From the NCBI GenBank assembly GCA_973851085.1, contig OZ316775.1, positions 21,576,001 through 21,640,000 on the forward strand: a stretch of DNA of 64,000 bases, read 5' to 3'. The stretch's first letter is position 1. Each line of letters begins with the position of its first letter. A program made the translations under genes and the position numbers. The DNA is from Ptychomitrium polyphyllum. Taxonomy: Eukaryota. Below are positions 12,091 to 26,700 of this stretch, in pieces. Under the pieces are notes generated by a model that was not told where the DNA came from, made no database searches, and saw only the letters and a program-made list of their open reading frames with translations.

Positions 12091-14013
12091 TACTGTTAAA
12101 GGCATTTGTCCTGTAGGCGTTGATTTAAACTGTTGGATGTAGAGCTGGGTAGTAAACAATTTTTTTAAGGGAGTAGTAGATAATTGTAGTGTAGATAGGT
12201 GTTGGTTAGAACGTAGTTATTGGTAGTAAAAGAGACTGTTTCGTGATAGTGCCACTATAATGTGTCAATGTTATCTCTTGTATTGTTTACAAAAGCTACG
12301 GATTTGGTAGGCTCTTATTATCAGCAGTTTTGGTCAATCATCAGAGAGACCCTTTCTTCACAGGCAAATAGCAATCGAGCTCACTGCCAGAGATGTGTAT
12401 TGAGTTTTCTGGTTGAGATAGTTCAACTGCAGTGAAGATGTTTAGCTTAAGAGATGTCTTTCTTGGAATGTTAAATTTTGCAGTTTTGGGGCTTGGAAAT
12501 GAACAATCTTTTTGTGTCAGGCTTTTCTTGAAAACTTGTTTGTGTAAAGATTTCAAATATAAAAGAGAGACTACCTCCTATTTCTGCTGGTTAGAAGCTG
12601 CGATAGATCTGCAGTGGGTCCCGAGTTTTCATCTTTATATTCAGAAGTGTTCTATAATATTTGCAGATTGTGAGTATACTAAATTGGCCTTGTGGCATTC
12701 GGGAAGCTTTCAACTGGGACAAGGCACTTATTATATAATTTCAAGATGTATCGTTTGTAAAGTGATTTATTGTAATACTACTGGTTTGTGATTTATATAC
12801 ATGCTTATTTATGATAATGTTTTATTGGAAAAATTTACCTCTACTCTTACCTTATATTATCTTATCTTTGTCATTGTCCTTTTGTTGGACTTTTGTAAAG
12901 GAATGTAAAAGATTAATCTATTATTTCTACACCTTCTTTCTTTTCATATGTATATATATATATGAAAAAAAATTTGCATAATATATATATGAAAAAAATT
13001 ATTACTTTTCATATAGTATTGAGAGAGAGTGCATTATAAATATAATATGCTGATATTGTATTTTAATCTGAAAATTGCAACAAAACCCACGAGTAGATTT
13101 TTAATTCTATAAATTTATCAAGAAGAAAGATTGATTTTATCATCTTCTTGGGCTTCAAAATGCAAAACCAGTGGTAATTAATATTTAACAACATAACAAC
13201 ATATTTTATTGAGCATTGTTTATTGTGTTGAACATAACGAGTTGAGCACATTGAAATCTCATAAGACATTACAGTTCATGGCTTGGCTACACACACTCCA
13301 CGTGTATTAAATTATAATTCATCAACTTCAGACCTGTTTCGTTCTCGCTTGGTTCTACTCGCATCCAAATTATCCGTGCTATCTACATCCCTCAACCAAG
13401 CAGCAGTAGTGCAGGAAAATAGACTTTACTCAGGCTGTCCCATCGTATGGGACCAGACTTTTCCTTCTTTCTTCCTCTCATGCAAACGCTCAATCAGATT
13501 TGTAAGTCTTCACCACCACTTTACTTGGAAATTTGTTTACATGCATGAGCAACGAAGTTGTTAAACTCGACACTAATTCGTTCCATGAACTTCATCTCGG
13601 AACAATCACAGTAGAACCTTTACTGACAGCATCAAAAATTGTCATCATATGGACAAAAATAGCGTCGACAGGTATGATATCCTTCCATCTATCAAATACT
13701 GCCTGGTTGCTGCAGGTAGTTTAAAGTAGAAAAGGATCGAGCTAATTCACTCCTCTCCTGATTGATTTAACCCTCTGCTAATTCCAATCAAAAGATTCAT
13801 CACAAGACACCAGCGGCATTAGTGCCACACTAAGTGTTGTACGTCCTTGTTTTCTTGGTGCAGCTTCTTTGTACACTAGGCATTATTGCCACAATTTGAT
13901 GCCATTCACTTGAATGGAGATCATACTACAGTGCAGCTGGCCATCAACCCTCTGCATGAGACTGTAAATCGATTAGTCGAATGATAAATTAGATTCCTGT
14001 GCAGGATTATCAT

Positions 14014-17000
14014 TCAGGCATGCAATTTGGGTGGGGCTGGAGATGCAGGTGCGGTAGTTGGGCATTGGTAGCAAGGTGCGAAAACACCGAATGTGTCAAT
14101 TTGCTGAACAAAGTTGGTGACACTTGCCCAGCCACCCCATCCCACGCCAATCACAAATATCCATATCACTATGAATATATTGACGAGATATACTCCAGTC
14201 CAGCTCGGCATGAAGAAGGGAGGCTTCTCCACCGCATTCTGCAGGATCAGAAAAACATGCATGTAAATGTGTGCTCTGTAATTGATTAATTTAATTTAAC
14301 ATGAAAATTAATTGCACACCTCTCACATAAGTAATAGTCTGATAAAATATGAAGTGACGTTGTCAATTGGGGAAGGGGAAAAGTGGATTAGTTGATTACT
14401 TATGAGTTAATTGGTTACCTGACGAGCTGTTGCAGCACGGTATACCACCATGTGAGCGACGCAAGGGATGATGTAAACAGTGAAAGTGACCAAGAGTGCC
14501 CCAACAGTGGAGTTGATGGGCCCAAAGAAAGGGAAAGCTATAGCAAAGAACCACACCGGTAAGATCACTGGCATTCTTGCAACCGCTCGCAGAAGGAGAT
14601 TTTTTGTGTTGTGGATGCCAATCACTTTCTCCCACACGAAGTAGAGGGGTGTGACAGCAAAACCAACGGTGATGAACTGCAACAGGAAAAACTCTCAAGG
14701 TTATTAGAGAAACCTACCTCTATTTTTATTAGGACTTGAGAATTGCCAAAGTTCAAGAGAAGTCGTTGGTCTCTGGAGGAGGCTTTATAATTTTTCAGTT
14801 GATAGAATGAATATTACCTGGTGAATTAGCATAAGAACAACAGCGATGTCACGGGCCCTGGTCCTGGGGAGCAAGGACAGAGCGTTGGAGTGCTTGAGGA
14901 GGGAATCACCGAAAGCCCAGTACACGGCGACAGCAGAAGGTATGGTTAAAGTGAACACATAGAGCGTTGCAAATACATACACGTACTTGAACTTCACTGG
15001 TTTGTACATGGCGTGCATAATTTCTCTGCAGTATTTACACAACTCAGGATTAATGTTGTTGAAATGAAAAACAGATGCACCTGCGGGAAAAAATTAATTG
15101 CAGATTATTGTCAATGCAAACACAGCTGATATACAATGCACGAATAATAGCAGAATTTGTGCCAGCTAAAGATAGAACGGAGTCCAACTTACACAGTAAC
15201 AGCATGGCCACCAAAAGTATACAGGATGTTAGTTGCTCCTGTGAAGTACAGGACCTTTGTTGTAGGTGCCGAATGAACAACATTAGCAATCTGATTGCAT
15301 CAGAGTCATAGGACTAGTTAGTAGTGCTGTGCAAGATGAAAAAATCAACGGTATAGGCTATTCTTCAAATTTCAGAATTGTAACCCAAATTCGGATTGCA
15401 ATGCAGTTGGAGGACGAGGATGACATCCCTGACGTACCTGGCCGTGGGCAAGAGCGGCAATTGTCATATACCATGCCGTATAGGAGATCATAATAAGACC
15501 AAAGAATGACCAGAGTCGGTAATTCCGGAAGGAGGGCACCAATACTGTGAGCATGCAACAGGCCCCAAAGATGTAGGTCCACTCCCTCTTGTTTAAGTGG
15601 TCGTTGATCAAAAATATGTTGCTGCAATGTCCAACGTCACACAAACCAACGGCATTTTTAACTCGGTCAGACGAGAATGATTATCTATTCTTGTAATTAA
15701 ACTGAATGTCATGATGGTTAACAAAATTGATAGTGACTTATGCACTAAAATGCATCTTAGAGAATCAAGTTTCGTTCATGAAGTGCCAATGACGTACTCA
15801 TTTCGACCAAGTCACATAACAAAGGCTATTGCTATTAGATTTATTTTGAAACTGTACTCTTTGCTTCAGAATATGTTAAATCAAAAAGGGGAGAATAAAA
15901 GACTTGTCCGAAAGAATCTTCTTTTCGAAGAATGTCAGGACATACCCCATAAAATCTGGGAGCCTTCAATCAAGTACCTAGATTCTATCATATCCTCGTT
16001 TCGGACCTAGACTGTCATGAGCTAATTCATATGGAATCAATGTTCGTAACCTCAACACAAGACTACCAATTAGCTTTTATTAAACTGTAGCTATGGAACA
16101 TTCAGAGTCAGAACTTCAATGGCTGCGCCGATTTGATCTCTGAGTGTATTCTGGGAATGTCAAGCTTAGTACAGAGATTGGCTTTCTATTCCGCTCCAGT
16201 TTGAGGAGCAATAGTACTACAGTGCAGCTGTTGGGAGCTAATGACATAAATTCAAGATTCAAAGAATCACGAAACGAAATATGAGTGGCATCAATTATTT
16301 AGCTAAATGATTGGCCATGTCACATGTACCTGGCACAAGCAATGAGCTGGATGACTGCCCCAAAGAGGAGGAAAGTGCAGTTGAACACAAGCCCCACAAT
16401 CTTCCAGTATCGCCCCAATAAGCCATCCAGAACTTCGAACCACTGTAAATTCAACCAGGTTAGAAAATGCTTTGAGGTGGAAATAGATTGCCCAACTATG
16501 CCTGCACATGAAACCAGTATATCCACATAGAATTTCTGATAAATTACTTGGACAAACCTGAATGACATGGTTCTTGAAGATCACACCCTCCCTCTCTTTC
16601 CTGGTCCGGTACTCAACATATAGCCATGTGATCATGTAACAGGACCAGCAGCCGATGACACCGTAGAAGATCTGGAAGACAATCCCTGACGCAAATCCCA
16701 GTTGGGCAAACGAATATGGCAGCGTCAGGAGCACTTGCGCTACCTGCAAACACAACATCACAAGAGCAGAAAAGTGCATCAGAACACACGTAAATTCCAT
16801 GCTATAAAGTTCAACTGTGTCGCCTCAGAGCCACCTTCTCGTTTTGGAAGTTAGTACTTTTTTGGCAACGGGCTAACTCATAACTCATAACTCACATGGA
16901 GCTCATTCTCACTCTTGCTGTTAAGATCACGACTAATTGGTGCCAAGAGATGCTACACGCCGTTGTGAATTTTACAGAGTCCACCAGCACCCTCCTACGA

Positions 17001-17758
17001 GGCAATTTCCGCCCGAATTAAAGAAGTAAAAGTTTTAGCAGCGAGCTTCATTATTGACAACTCGTCTGCTCACTTGTAAGAGCCAGTGAAGTGGCTTCAT
17101 CAGTCGTTCAGAGATTGAAAGTAGAAATTGCTCATCATGGCACAATTAAGCCATCAAAGGAGTGTCACTCTCAATCACACGCTATTTGCACAAATCTGAC
17201 AACTACTGTGAAAGCAACAGAAGATGATCGGAGAGAACCAACCTAACCCAGCTGATAGAAAAGTAAATCCGGTTCATTTAGTACAGGTTATGGAGAAGCC
17301 AAGGGATAAATTATTTCAAAAGAGCGGCTATCATTAGATGACAACTCTTCAAACTTCCAAATGATTGTAACACAGAGTTCTAGAACCCGGATTAAATTGA
17401 AGGCGTGAATTCATCTTCCCTCAGCTATAGCAGGCCTTCAAGACAGCCACACTTAGAGGGAGCAATGGTCTCCACTAAGTGCTGTAGGCTGCGCAACCAA
17501 CCAAGCATCATACATTCTAAACGGTTCGAGACTTATTCTGGTGGGTTGAGGGTGAATATACACCTGGTTGGAGGCTGCACTGAACCAGGCATCATACACA
17601 GAGCCGCCGTGCCACAGCAGGCGCTTCATCTGCCCACCCATGGTCATGTCGTGGGGACCCTCTTGCAGGGACTCCAGCTTCTGGTTCTGCTCCTCCATCT
17701 CGCCATAGCTCCCCACCAGTCCCTGCGAGCCACCCACCTCACCCTCACTCGTCCCCAT
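14014..17758 (-). CDS. AUX1: AUX1/LAX auxin influx carrier (amino acid/auxin permease family), 8 coding exons
   Basis: Exons (minus): 17758-17564, 16743-16558, 16442-16330, 15621-15438, 15290-15193, 15025-14818, 14676-14419, 14238-14014. Diagnostic motifs: LWHGGSVYDAWFSAASNQVAQVLLTLPYSF, NHVIQWFEVLDGLLG, YFTGATNILYTFGGHAVTVEIMHAM, FPFFGPINSTVG, QIDTFGVFAPCYQC. Confidence 0.97.
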
Positions 17759-18128
17759 CTCTCACTACTCCGCTAATCCCGCTGTAGGTCCTCCAAAACA
17801 CCAATACCCAAACACCCTCCCCCTCCAAAGATCGATGATCCACACCCACAAAACCACTACAACCACTTTGGCACCCTCCAATCCTCCCCCTTGCTCACCT
17901 CTTGCATCCTCAACGACATCACAAACCTCGCCCCCTCCCCAAAATTTCCTCAACCAACTCACAATACCAATCACACAGCTTCTGACCCTTCCAAAACCAA
18001 CATAATCCACTTAACCACAAACGATTTCTCACAGAAACCTCCAATAAGCGCACTCACACGCGCGCGCAGAAAAGCACAAACCACGCACACAAACACAAAA
18101 CACAAAAGAACACACTCTGTTTACGCTT

Positions 18129-18241
18129 GAGGTGACACAGAAAGCTCTCGTCAATCCGAGGTGCCACTTTTGATGGCGCTTCAGTTAACACTCGAGGTGA
18201 CACAGAGAGCTCTTGTTGATCCAAAGGTGCTACTTTTGATG
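18129..18241. repeat. Imperfect ~47-bp direct repeat, two copies, upstream of AUX1
   Basis: gaggtgacacagaaagctctcgtcaatccgaggtgccacttttgatg (18129-18175) vs gaggtgacacagagagctcttgttgatccaaaggtgctacttttgatg (18194-18241). Confidence 0.85.
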
Positions 18242-21200
18242 CTTCGCAAGGAGAGCAATCTAGGCTTGGAACCTATAAGAGAGGATGTGAGAGGGGGAAG
18301 TGACGGGAAGAGATGATGAGAGTGAGCTCTATCATGAACATGCACCCCACCACGCTCCAACGTCCATGAGTGGGAAAGTAGGCCAGCGCTCAGCCGAGCG
18401 GCCCACAATGCCAAGTTGTTTTGTAGGCTTTCGTTTGGCTTGGCTCAGCATGGAATGGCTATGGTAAGTTTACGTGTACTGCTGCTCCTACCCTTTGGTT
18501 TTGCTGCAGCTTAAGTGGGGGAGTCTGACACTGTGAGATCACGCTTATGATCGGCCCAGAATGTGCATATAAGCTCACGCCGCGCTCGATGGCTCTGCAC
18601 GGTAGCTGTGCAGTGTGGTTCTCCTGAGCGCTGCTGGTGTGACTGGGGCTGCAAGGGCTGTTGTAGCGGCGGTTGTCCTTTCATGCGTCGCCAGGATCTA
18701 TCATCTTTACTCCCTTAACGCTCTTACTTGACTCCCCACTGCAGCCTGCCACTGCACCGACCCCTCCACGCTGCGGAGTTACTGTAACAGTGTAACTTAC
18801 CCGCTGATCCCCCTTGGAGGCTTGGGCCCTGCCCCTTCCTTTGCCGCCCTTTTGCCACTCCATGGCACCCAAACCATCATCAACTTAGCACCAGCAATCA
18901 CCGAATGAAGGCGCTGCATCATTGCAATATGGTTGCCAATACCTTCAGAGTAATGTGAAGTTTGGGTGAGGTTCTGCACTTCCTTATCCACAAATATTCC
19001 CAGCAGGCATTCATCTAGCATATGTTCAAACTTGCGTATCACACTCTTCAACCTAGCCTTCCTTGGGAAATGTCTTTGCACTCTCTAAATGAGCATAATC
19101 GAGGAAATGTTTCTAGAATCAAAGCTCCAAAAGAAAAAGTGGATAAGAGTGTTATGATTTATACTATTGATTGATTTTAGAAAGAATGTAGTGTGATAAA
19201 TGGACTACATCTCTAATACCTTCTAGTGTGTCATGTAAATGCCTATTACGTTTTTATTTTCAACATTGGAAGTAACTCATGGTCACTATTAAAGGTAGGA
19301 GATTAATACTAAATGATACTAAAGGCGTGTGGTAATGAACACTTGAGCACATGAACCTGGATTCATTGACTTGAAGCATGACTCATGAATTTTTCAATCT
19401 TTCGTAAGATTTTTTTTTTTTTTTTAAATTGTGATTTTAATCAATGATTTGTACCCGCGAATAAATGTATTGAAGAGGTCACTAAAAGAATATTTCATTT
19501 AAAAATCCAAATGCAACCACATAATTTCTTGCATGGTAATAATAATAAATCTTCACAATAATTGTTGTAGAGTGGTATAATATGGCCTCTATTATTATTA
19601 TTTTAATTGAAGTATTGGATAAACATTGTTGTAAAATTTCACATTGACATTGGATCTTATAATAATAGAAATATTGGATGTAATAGTATTTTCTTATAAT
19701 AGTATTTATCTACTTTTGAAAAGTAGAATAAAATAAAAATTTGGACCTTTCTTATATGGTTACGTTTCATTTTTTACTTTTAATCAAAAGATTAAAAAAA
19801 TTATTGCAATGTCAAAAAATGACACAAATTCTTGCACCACACATGCCTATTAGTTGTTTATTTAATAAAATTAAAGCTATTTTATTAGCTAGCTTTATGC
19901 TCCAATATTGTCATGAGATTATAAAAACTAGCAAAATGTAATGATTTGTATGATACATACTACATTATGGTTGCACAATACATTAACTTAATAGATTTAC
20001 ACAAGCATGGAAACCTTCTTGTTAAAGAATATTTGTACAATTATACATTGCTCACTCATATTCTATCTTATAGGGAAATAATCAAACTGTAGAATTACTA
20101 CAGATATTTTTTAGATATTACTTGTATGGTAGAGCATTGAAAATGTTAATTGAATTTAAAAACAAAACATCAAACATATGCTAAATATCCAATTGTATGA
20201 ATGAATTGTTTTATATTTGAGTATAAGATTTGATTGTATCACAACTGTAAATATGTGTATACCATATTCTATTTAATATCACTATTTTTTACATGTACAT
20301 TATTTATTTGCTATGAAAAATCTTCCATATACAAGGAAATTATAAAAAGAATCATGTATGCAAACGAATCTATGTCTTATATAGCATTCTTAGTCTATAG
20401 ACTGTACATCCCCTATGCTTACAAATATTCTCTTCAAAAATTATCCGTATTAACTTTGATTATGAAAATATTTTATTTGAATATTATGAAAGTTAATGCG
20501 GTAACTGATAAAATTTTAATGTAGATAGTATTAGAGCAAATAAGGTCTAAGGTTAAAGCATGTTTTAGCATTAATACTGCCCAATCACCATAGCCTTAAG
20601 AATGCAATGTAATGAAGAGTGAAACCCCCAGTATATTACAGTCAGGAAACTGTGTCACTTGTAACAATTTTGCGCAAATGTACTTATCCCAGATGGTCAA
20701 ATGAGCTGCAAGGAACAGTATGATAAGAAAATATGGAATCCCTCCACATGAGCAAAACAACTTACTTCACTATGAAAAGAGATTACAACACCCTAGCCGC
20801 TGGACAGGCTGGTCACAGATTTGGGATTTGTGTTTGTTCATATTTGGAAAAAGGGGAAAAAGAAGCTATCTAATCAGACCAGGGCAGGACCAGGGCCAGT
20901 CTCAACTTCCCTGGCACCAAGAGCTGGAGAGAACCACATCATCTATCCAACTTGCCCAAGGTTTGAGTTGAGTTCTGCATGCAGGATGCCTAGACTTCAG
21001 TTGGGCAAGAGTTTTCTGAAGAGCGACCCGTGGTGGATCAAGCTTTCGCAGAGTGTGTGCTGAAGTCGCTGGGCAGTCTAGGTGACGCTCTGGAAAATGA
21101 GCTCAGTTTGGTAAATAAATCTTGCTGCAGCCTCTGCCTGTGTCATCACAGTCACTCACACAATATGACAGTATATGGTGTAAATGGTACAGGAAGTACA

Positions 21201-23656
21201 GGAAGTATAATAGTTGTTATGACGAATCCAGGCTTACATATACCAGTGTAGCTCTAGTGTGGACGTATAACATTCCGGTATGATTTAGATTCCTGTCCAC
21301 AGTAGTCTGTACAGTACATAAGTATTTTATTTATATCTTCAATCCAGTAGTCCTGACATGTACGTTATGGGTATTGTAGACAAGTGACCTGCTCTCATGG
21401 ATACTCAAGTTCAAACTTCAGTGAGTAACTTATTATGTGCAGTACTAAAAAGAAATGCACTGGGCTGTACTGGATACGGATCCATCAGCTCGGGTGGGGT
21501 GGCTCACTCATTGGGCACCAATGTTAAGAGAATTCATTATGGATTGTTATATAAGTTTTAAGCTGCAGCTCCCTCTATGATCTATCTAATGCAACTGCGT
21601 GCCATTCAGTAGTACGCTTGTACCATTGTTGCGTTGCAACTGTACCTCACTTGGTGGAGGCAGCTCCACTTACCATATTCAACTTGTGGCTTAGTTTTAT
21701 GATTGTTGTAATTAATCCTGTTATGACCACTTGTGTTCAGTGGCGGCAGCACCAGGTGACCAGGCACTGAGGCAGCACTCTTTGTCAATGTACTCTCTGC
21801 CGGTAATACCATCACTTAACTGCATGCCCAGCAACATCAATTAACTGTAGCTCACAGCAAGATAGGAATTTGGGAACCCCTTCCCAAGGCCTTCATGCTT
21901 CAGAGATTTGGCCTATTTCTAGCTATTTGATGAACTTGGAGAGGATTGTCACAACTGAATTTGGAGAACTTTACCTCCAATTTTTATTTATTTAGTGCAA
22001 CTCATGGGTTCTGGTTCGTAGCTGAAATTGTGAGTTGTGGGAACCACACAGTCTTGGGCAGCTGAAGCAAATCACCCTTATCTTGAAAAATGGGAAATCA
22101 AGAAAAATTGATAGTGAGGGTATGTGACAAGTAATGCATAAAGGTCCACAAGTTTAGTTTGGTGACTTTGACACAAAAACCCCTTTGGACTTTAATGGAA
22201 CACGAATTTTACAATAAAATGTTGTTGTATCTTATTTATAAACATGAGATTTAGTTAGAAAGGTTAAACGTTAAAGATAATAAAATTCACATAATGATGT
22301 TTCATATAATTTGAAAATTGATTGTCAAAAAGTCTTTTCTAAACTAAAGAAGCAACTTTGAAATAAAATTATAAAGTTATTACTTAAATTCCATTTTAGT
22401 AAGATTGGAAATTCTTTCTATCTAATTGTGGCCAATTAATGCAAGGATTTATGAATCTTAGGTGGGTGGTAAATGTAACAAAATATATATATTTATATAT
22501 GGAAGGTATTTGAATCCATTTATGATCCAAAATCTACATGGTTTGATTTACTGGAGTTAATCCATTAATGCCTAATAAAAAAATAAAATTTTCAAAATTG
22601 GTAATTTCAAATTTGGTTTTTTCCAATGGTTTTAACATCTAAACTTCTTATAATTGCATAAATTTAGATTCTAAAATTATAACATGCCTTCTAAAGGTAC
22701 GTGTCTAAAACTTTATTATATTATAAAATTTTCTTAAAATCTAGATTATAATATACAAATCCAAATTACATTTGTCTTAGCCCATTTAGTAGTAAATGCA
22801 TTGCATACATTCAAAAGCATGTACTATCTACAATTTTGTAACCTATTATGTAGTACTACCTTCAACATGTTCTTGAAGCTAATAAAAAACGATTTTCTTT
22901 CAAATCAATTTTAATTTAATTTTCAAAATCAATAGGCTAAAGCATATTAAATGCTTCAAATAAAAAACTTAAAATTCTATTTATATCGTAGGTACCTTAA
23001 ATTATTCACGATACTCATTTCAATTTAATTTAAATATTTTTATCAGCTGACTTGTGGAGATTGTAGATTATGAACACTATCAATACCTTAACTCATGGTA
23101 AGTACTTATTTTCAATGAAAGTAGAAGCCTCATGTTAACAAGTTTTGGCACTCACCGACACTATGTAGTTTATAGAATAAAAGCGTACTTACTAATGTAA
23201 GTCATGCCTGCATATTAAAGCATTGTATTCAGCTGCAAAAAATGTTTGGCCTTACGCACTAAACAGCTCCTTAAACATGCAAGAGTAACCATGTACAGGC
23301 CTATCTTCAAAATACAGGACTTTCACAAGAATTGTGATAATGAATTAGGGTATAATCACAATTCTAATTACAGAGGAATTTCAATATTAGCATAGTAACT
23401 TACACATGGAAAATCTATCTCAGGAGAGTGATGAATCCAGCTGAGAATGCACAGTAAATTGCACAAGATCCAGAATTCATTTTTAGAAGTACTGGTACAC
23501 AACATAGCTGTTATCACCACAAGCATAACTCAAATTTAAATGTACCCATCCAAGTTGTGATAAGGCTGTGAGAGATAGAGTTGATGAACAAAAAGCAATG
23601 GCCATGTAATAGAACCATCACTTTCTTATAAACATGTGCAATAATGTTATGTTTGA

Positions 23657-23750
23657 ATAATTGCTGAGTGAAAATCTTGGATGATTGCTGAATTGAACCT
23701 TGAATGATTGCTGAATTGAACCTTGAATGATTGCTGAGTTGAAACCTTGA
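23657..23750. repeat. 23-bp minisatellite, about 4 copies
   Basis: Unit ATGATTGCTGAATTGAACCTTGA is exact at 23681-23703 and 23704-23726, near-exact at 23727-23750 and degenerate at 23657-23680. Confidence 0.85.
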
Positions 23751-26700
23751 GTCAATGGATGATGGATCATAACACACAAGGTAGAGCACCCATCACCACC
23801 ATGCTAATGTTACCCCTCTGGGGCGAGCATTTCCTCCTTCAGTGGCACCTATCACTTACAATGCTTGGGAGTTCTGGGGGCTGTCCTTGCATTACTTGCT
23901 TTGCATAACCCAGTGGATTGCACATCTTACTGCTGCTTAGCTTTTTTTGTTGTCATTTGTTGCCTCTGTGATCTACCCACCTGGCCTTTTTCTGTATGCA
24001 TTTAGGGTTTTGTGTTTCATTGAATGGTCATGGCACCTGGTTAGGTGTTCTCTCACCACCACTCTAATAAGGATTCTTCCTTGGTTTCAACTAAATAATA
24101 TTATATCTCTTCTCAAAAATGAGAAGATTTGAAGACAAATGCTGCGGGACTAGTGATTTTTTGAAAAAAATTAATTGATTATGAAATTTTCATGATGTAT
24201 GTTAAGGGTTTCAAAATCACAATCTAATATTCTATCAACTCTTTTGGAGATTGGGCTCTGAGAGTTGAGCTACTTTGGCCTGTTATTGTAAATGAATAAT
24301 TGAATGTTGTTATTTGGCCACTCAAAACTCTAGCAAAAATACAAATCAAGATGTCAGAAAGATCTATAATAATCTCACAATGAAAACATTAAATTATAAC
24401 TTGTACTTAGAGGGTGTTTTGTAGATAGATGATGATTATATTTAAAAGTAAGGTATTTTGGCAATCAATGATTCATGAAATAAACTTGCTAAAATAGAAT
24501 TAAATGTACTTCAAGGATTGATTGTCTTGCACAATTTTCAAAAACCTATAGTACCAAAAGAAGTTAATTTTAAGTAAATTATTTACGTAATTAAAAAAAA
24601 TTATACTATGCAACCAAAACTTATGCTTGAATTGCGTTGATCAATTAGCATAACACAAGATATTCTTGTGTCATAGTGGACAAGAAGAAAGATGCTGTAG
24701 CAAGTAGATGATGCAAGGTCTCATGTATTATCTTATATAGAATGTATTGGATTACAAGATACTAAAGATGAAATTGAACAAGCAAAGTGAACACAAGAAG
24801 GTTCCAAACAAAATTAGAAGTGATATAAAGATTTGTTTTCTTGGTCCTTCATTTATATCTTATGACTTCAACCCAAGGAGTCTCATGGAATCTTTTAGAA
24901 AGATTTTCCTTATAGAATCGTCTACCATTGTCATCCACTTCATTCCTACCTTCTACCAAATCATCTTAGGTCCTCTGAATACAAGCAACCACTTACCAAG
25001 TTGCTTGGACTTCTAACCAACTCATTTAATTAAGATTGATCTTATTTCAATGGATCTAGGACCTTCCATGACTACTTGCTTGCTTCTTCACAATTCTTTT
25101 TTTAACAAAATGCACTTATATTGGAGAAATTTTCATGTATGTACAAGCATTTAATTTGATGATTATTATCATACATGCATAGTGAATAGATCAAATTTAT
25201 GCATACAATATAATTAGAGCATGGTTGCAGAGTTTCAAATGGTTGCAACAACCGTTTAACATTGTACAACCAAAATTGTATTATGTTGCCAATATACAAG
25301 GCCCATATCTTGTCTGTACAAGTTTGATGAATTTCACTAATCCAGCTCAATTTGTACTAAAAGCACATAAGACTTGATATTGAAGAAGATTATCACAAAA
25401 TAAAACATATTAAAAGTTGCAATTAGCTACAAATAATGTATAATGTATATATAACCTTCTTTCAAAGCTTTTTTCGTATTTCTTTCACAACAAAAAGTGT
25501 CCAATCTTTCTAGAACACATCCAAGAGCAGCAATGCAAGTGCATTGAAAACCATAATCTGTTTTCACTCAAATAAAGTCAATCACAGCTCAAGCCAAGTT
25601 TACATTCAAACCAAACTGTCTATGAGACCACCATCCATGCTCACATTCTCTCACAGAGATTGTTCATTTTTTAATTCTCTCAGTAGTTCTTTTTACACAT
25701 TTGTATGCAGTACTTAGGCAGAGCAATGTAAATTCAGGTATTTGAGGGAGCTACACTTGTCAGCATTGAGTGCAACTTGGGGCCTTGGATGCACTAGATA
25801 CAGAAAATATGATCCTTTTAGTCCAATGTCTACGTCATTACAGACTTTGAAGTTGGGATTGTAACATTGAGTTTGGCAACCACAAAGTGATCCCCTGGGC
25901 TCCAAAGAGTTAACTGGCCAAATAACAAGCAGTGATCACTATTCAATTTATGCAGAAACACTTGAATTGCACTCAAAAAGCACTGTACACCAAACCTATG
26001 TTTGTTACACATTTTACTTCAAAATGTATTTGTAAGTATTTCTTCTTCTAAATTACAACCATTTCATAGCCCCATTTGCACCACATTTCTACCTCATTAC
26101 TGCCACTATCTCATTTGTTTTCCACTCCATTTTGCATCTAGTAATTATTAAATATGTATTTTGGTGATTATTAGTTTTTTATATAACTCATGTTTATGAA
26201 AAGAATGTGGTAATGGGCAGGTTTATCTTAGAACAAGTATAAATTTCAATTGATTCTTTTAGTTTTTGAATTAGTTAGTGCAATTTATAAGATAAGTGCA
26301 TATGTATTTTTGTTATATATGTAAAATACAAAATTCCATCACTACTAGAGATCTAAGGCCACTTGTTGGGAAATGACCAAAATCCACCAAGCACATATCT
26401 ATTAACTACCAAGTTCATGGCATATTAGATTTCAAGTCTATTAGAAATAATATGAAATTAAAGTTGAAAACAATTGAAATCATAGAGTAATAGAGTTAAA
26501 CCAAAGAGTGAATTTATACTATTTTTTTTTTAAAGGAAAACGTATGATAATGGTAATAGAATTATGGAACAATGGACACATGCTTAGTTCATGGTATTTA
26601 TTGAATGAAATTAGGTGGTGGTCATTAAATCTTGTTTAAGATGATTAATAGAGTGATTTATTCATAGTTTTTGATACTTTCCAAAAAAAAGTCTTTTTAA

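Noticed and set aside
12949..12998. (TA)n tract with short duplication; also (TAACTCA)3 near 16874 and (GTACAGGAA)2 near 21187
   Set aside because: Ordinary slippage microsatellites.
4670..17758. Functional clustering of a trafficking adaptor (AP1G) with an auxin carrier (AUX1)
   Set aside because: Adjacency alone is not evidence of co-function in a plant genome; the genes are convergent with separate promoters.
21560..21670. tgcaac...gttgca pairing reminiscent of a miR534-like hairpin
   Set aside because: Pairing is fragmentary; no 21-nt duplex can be drawn.
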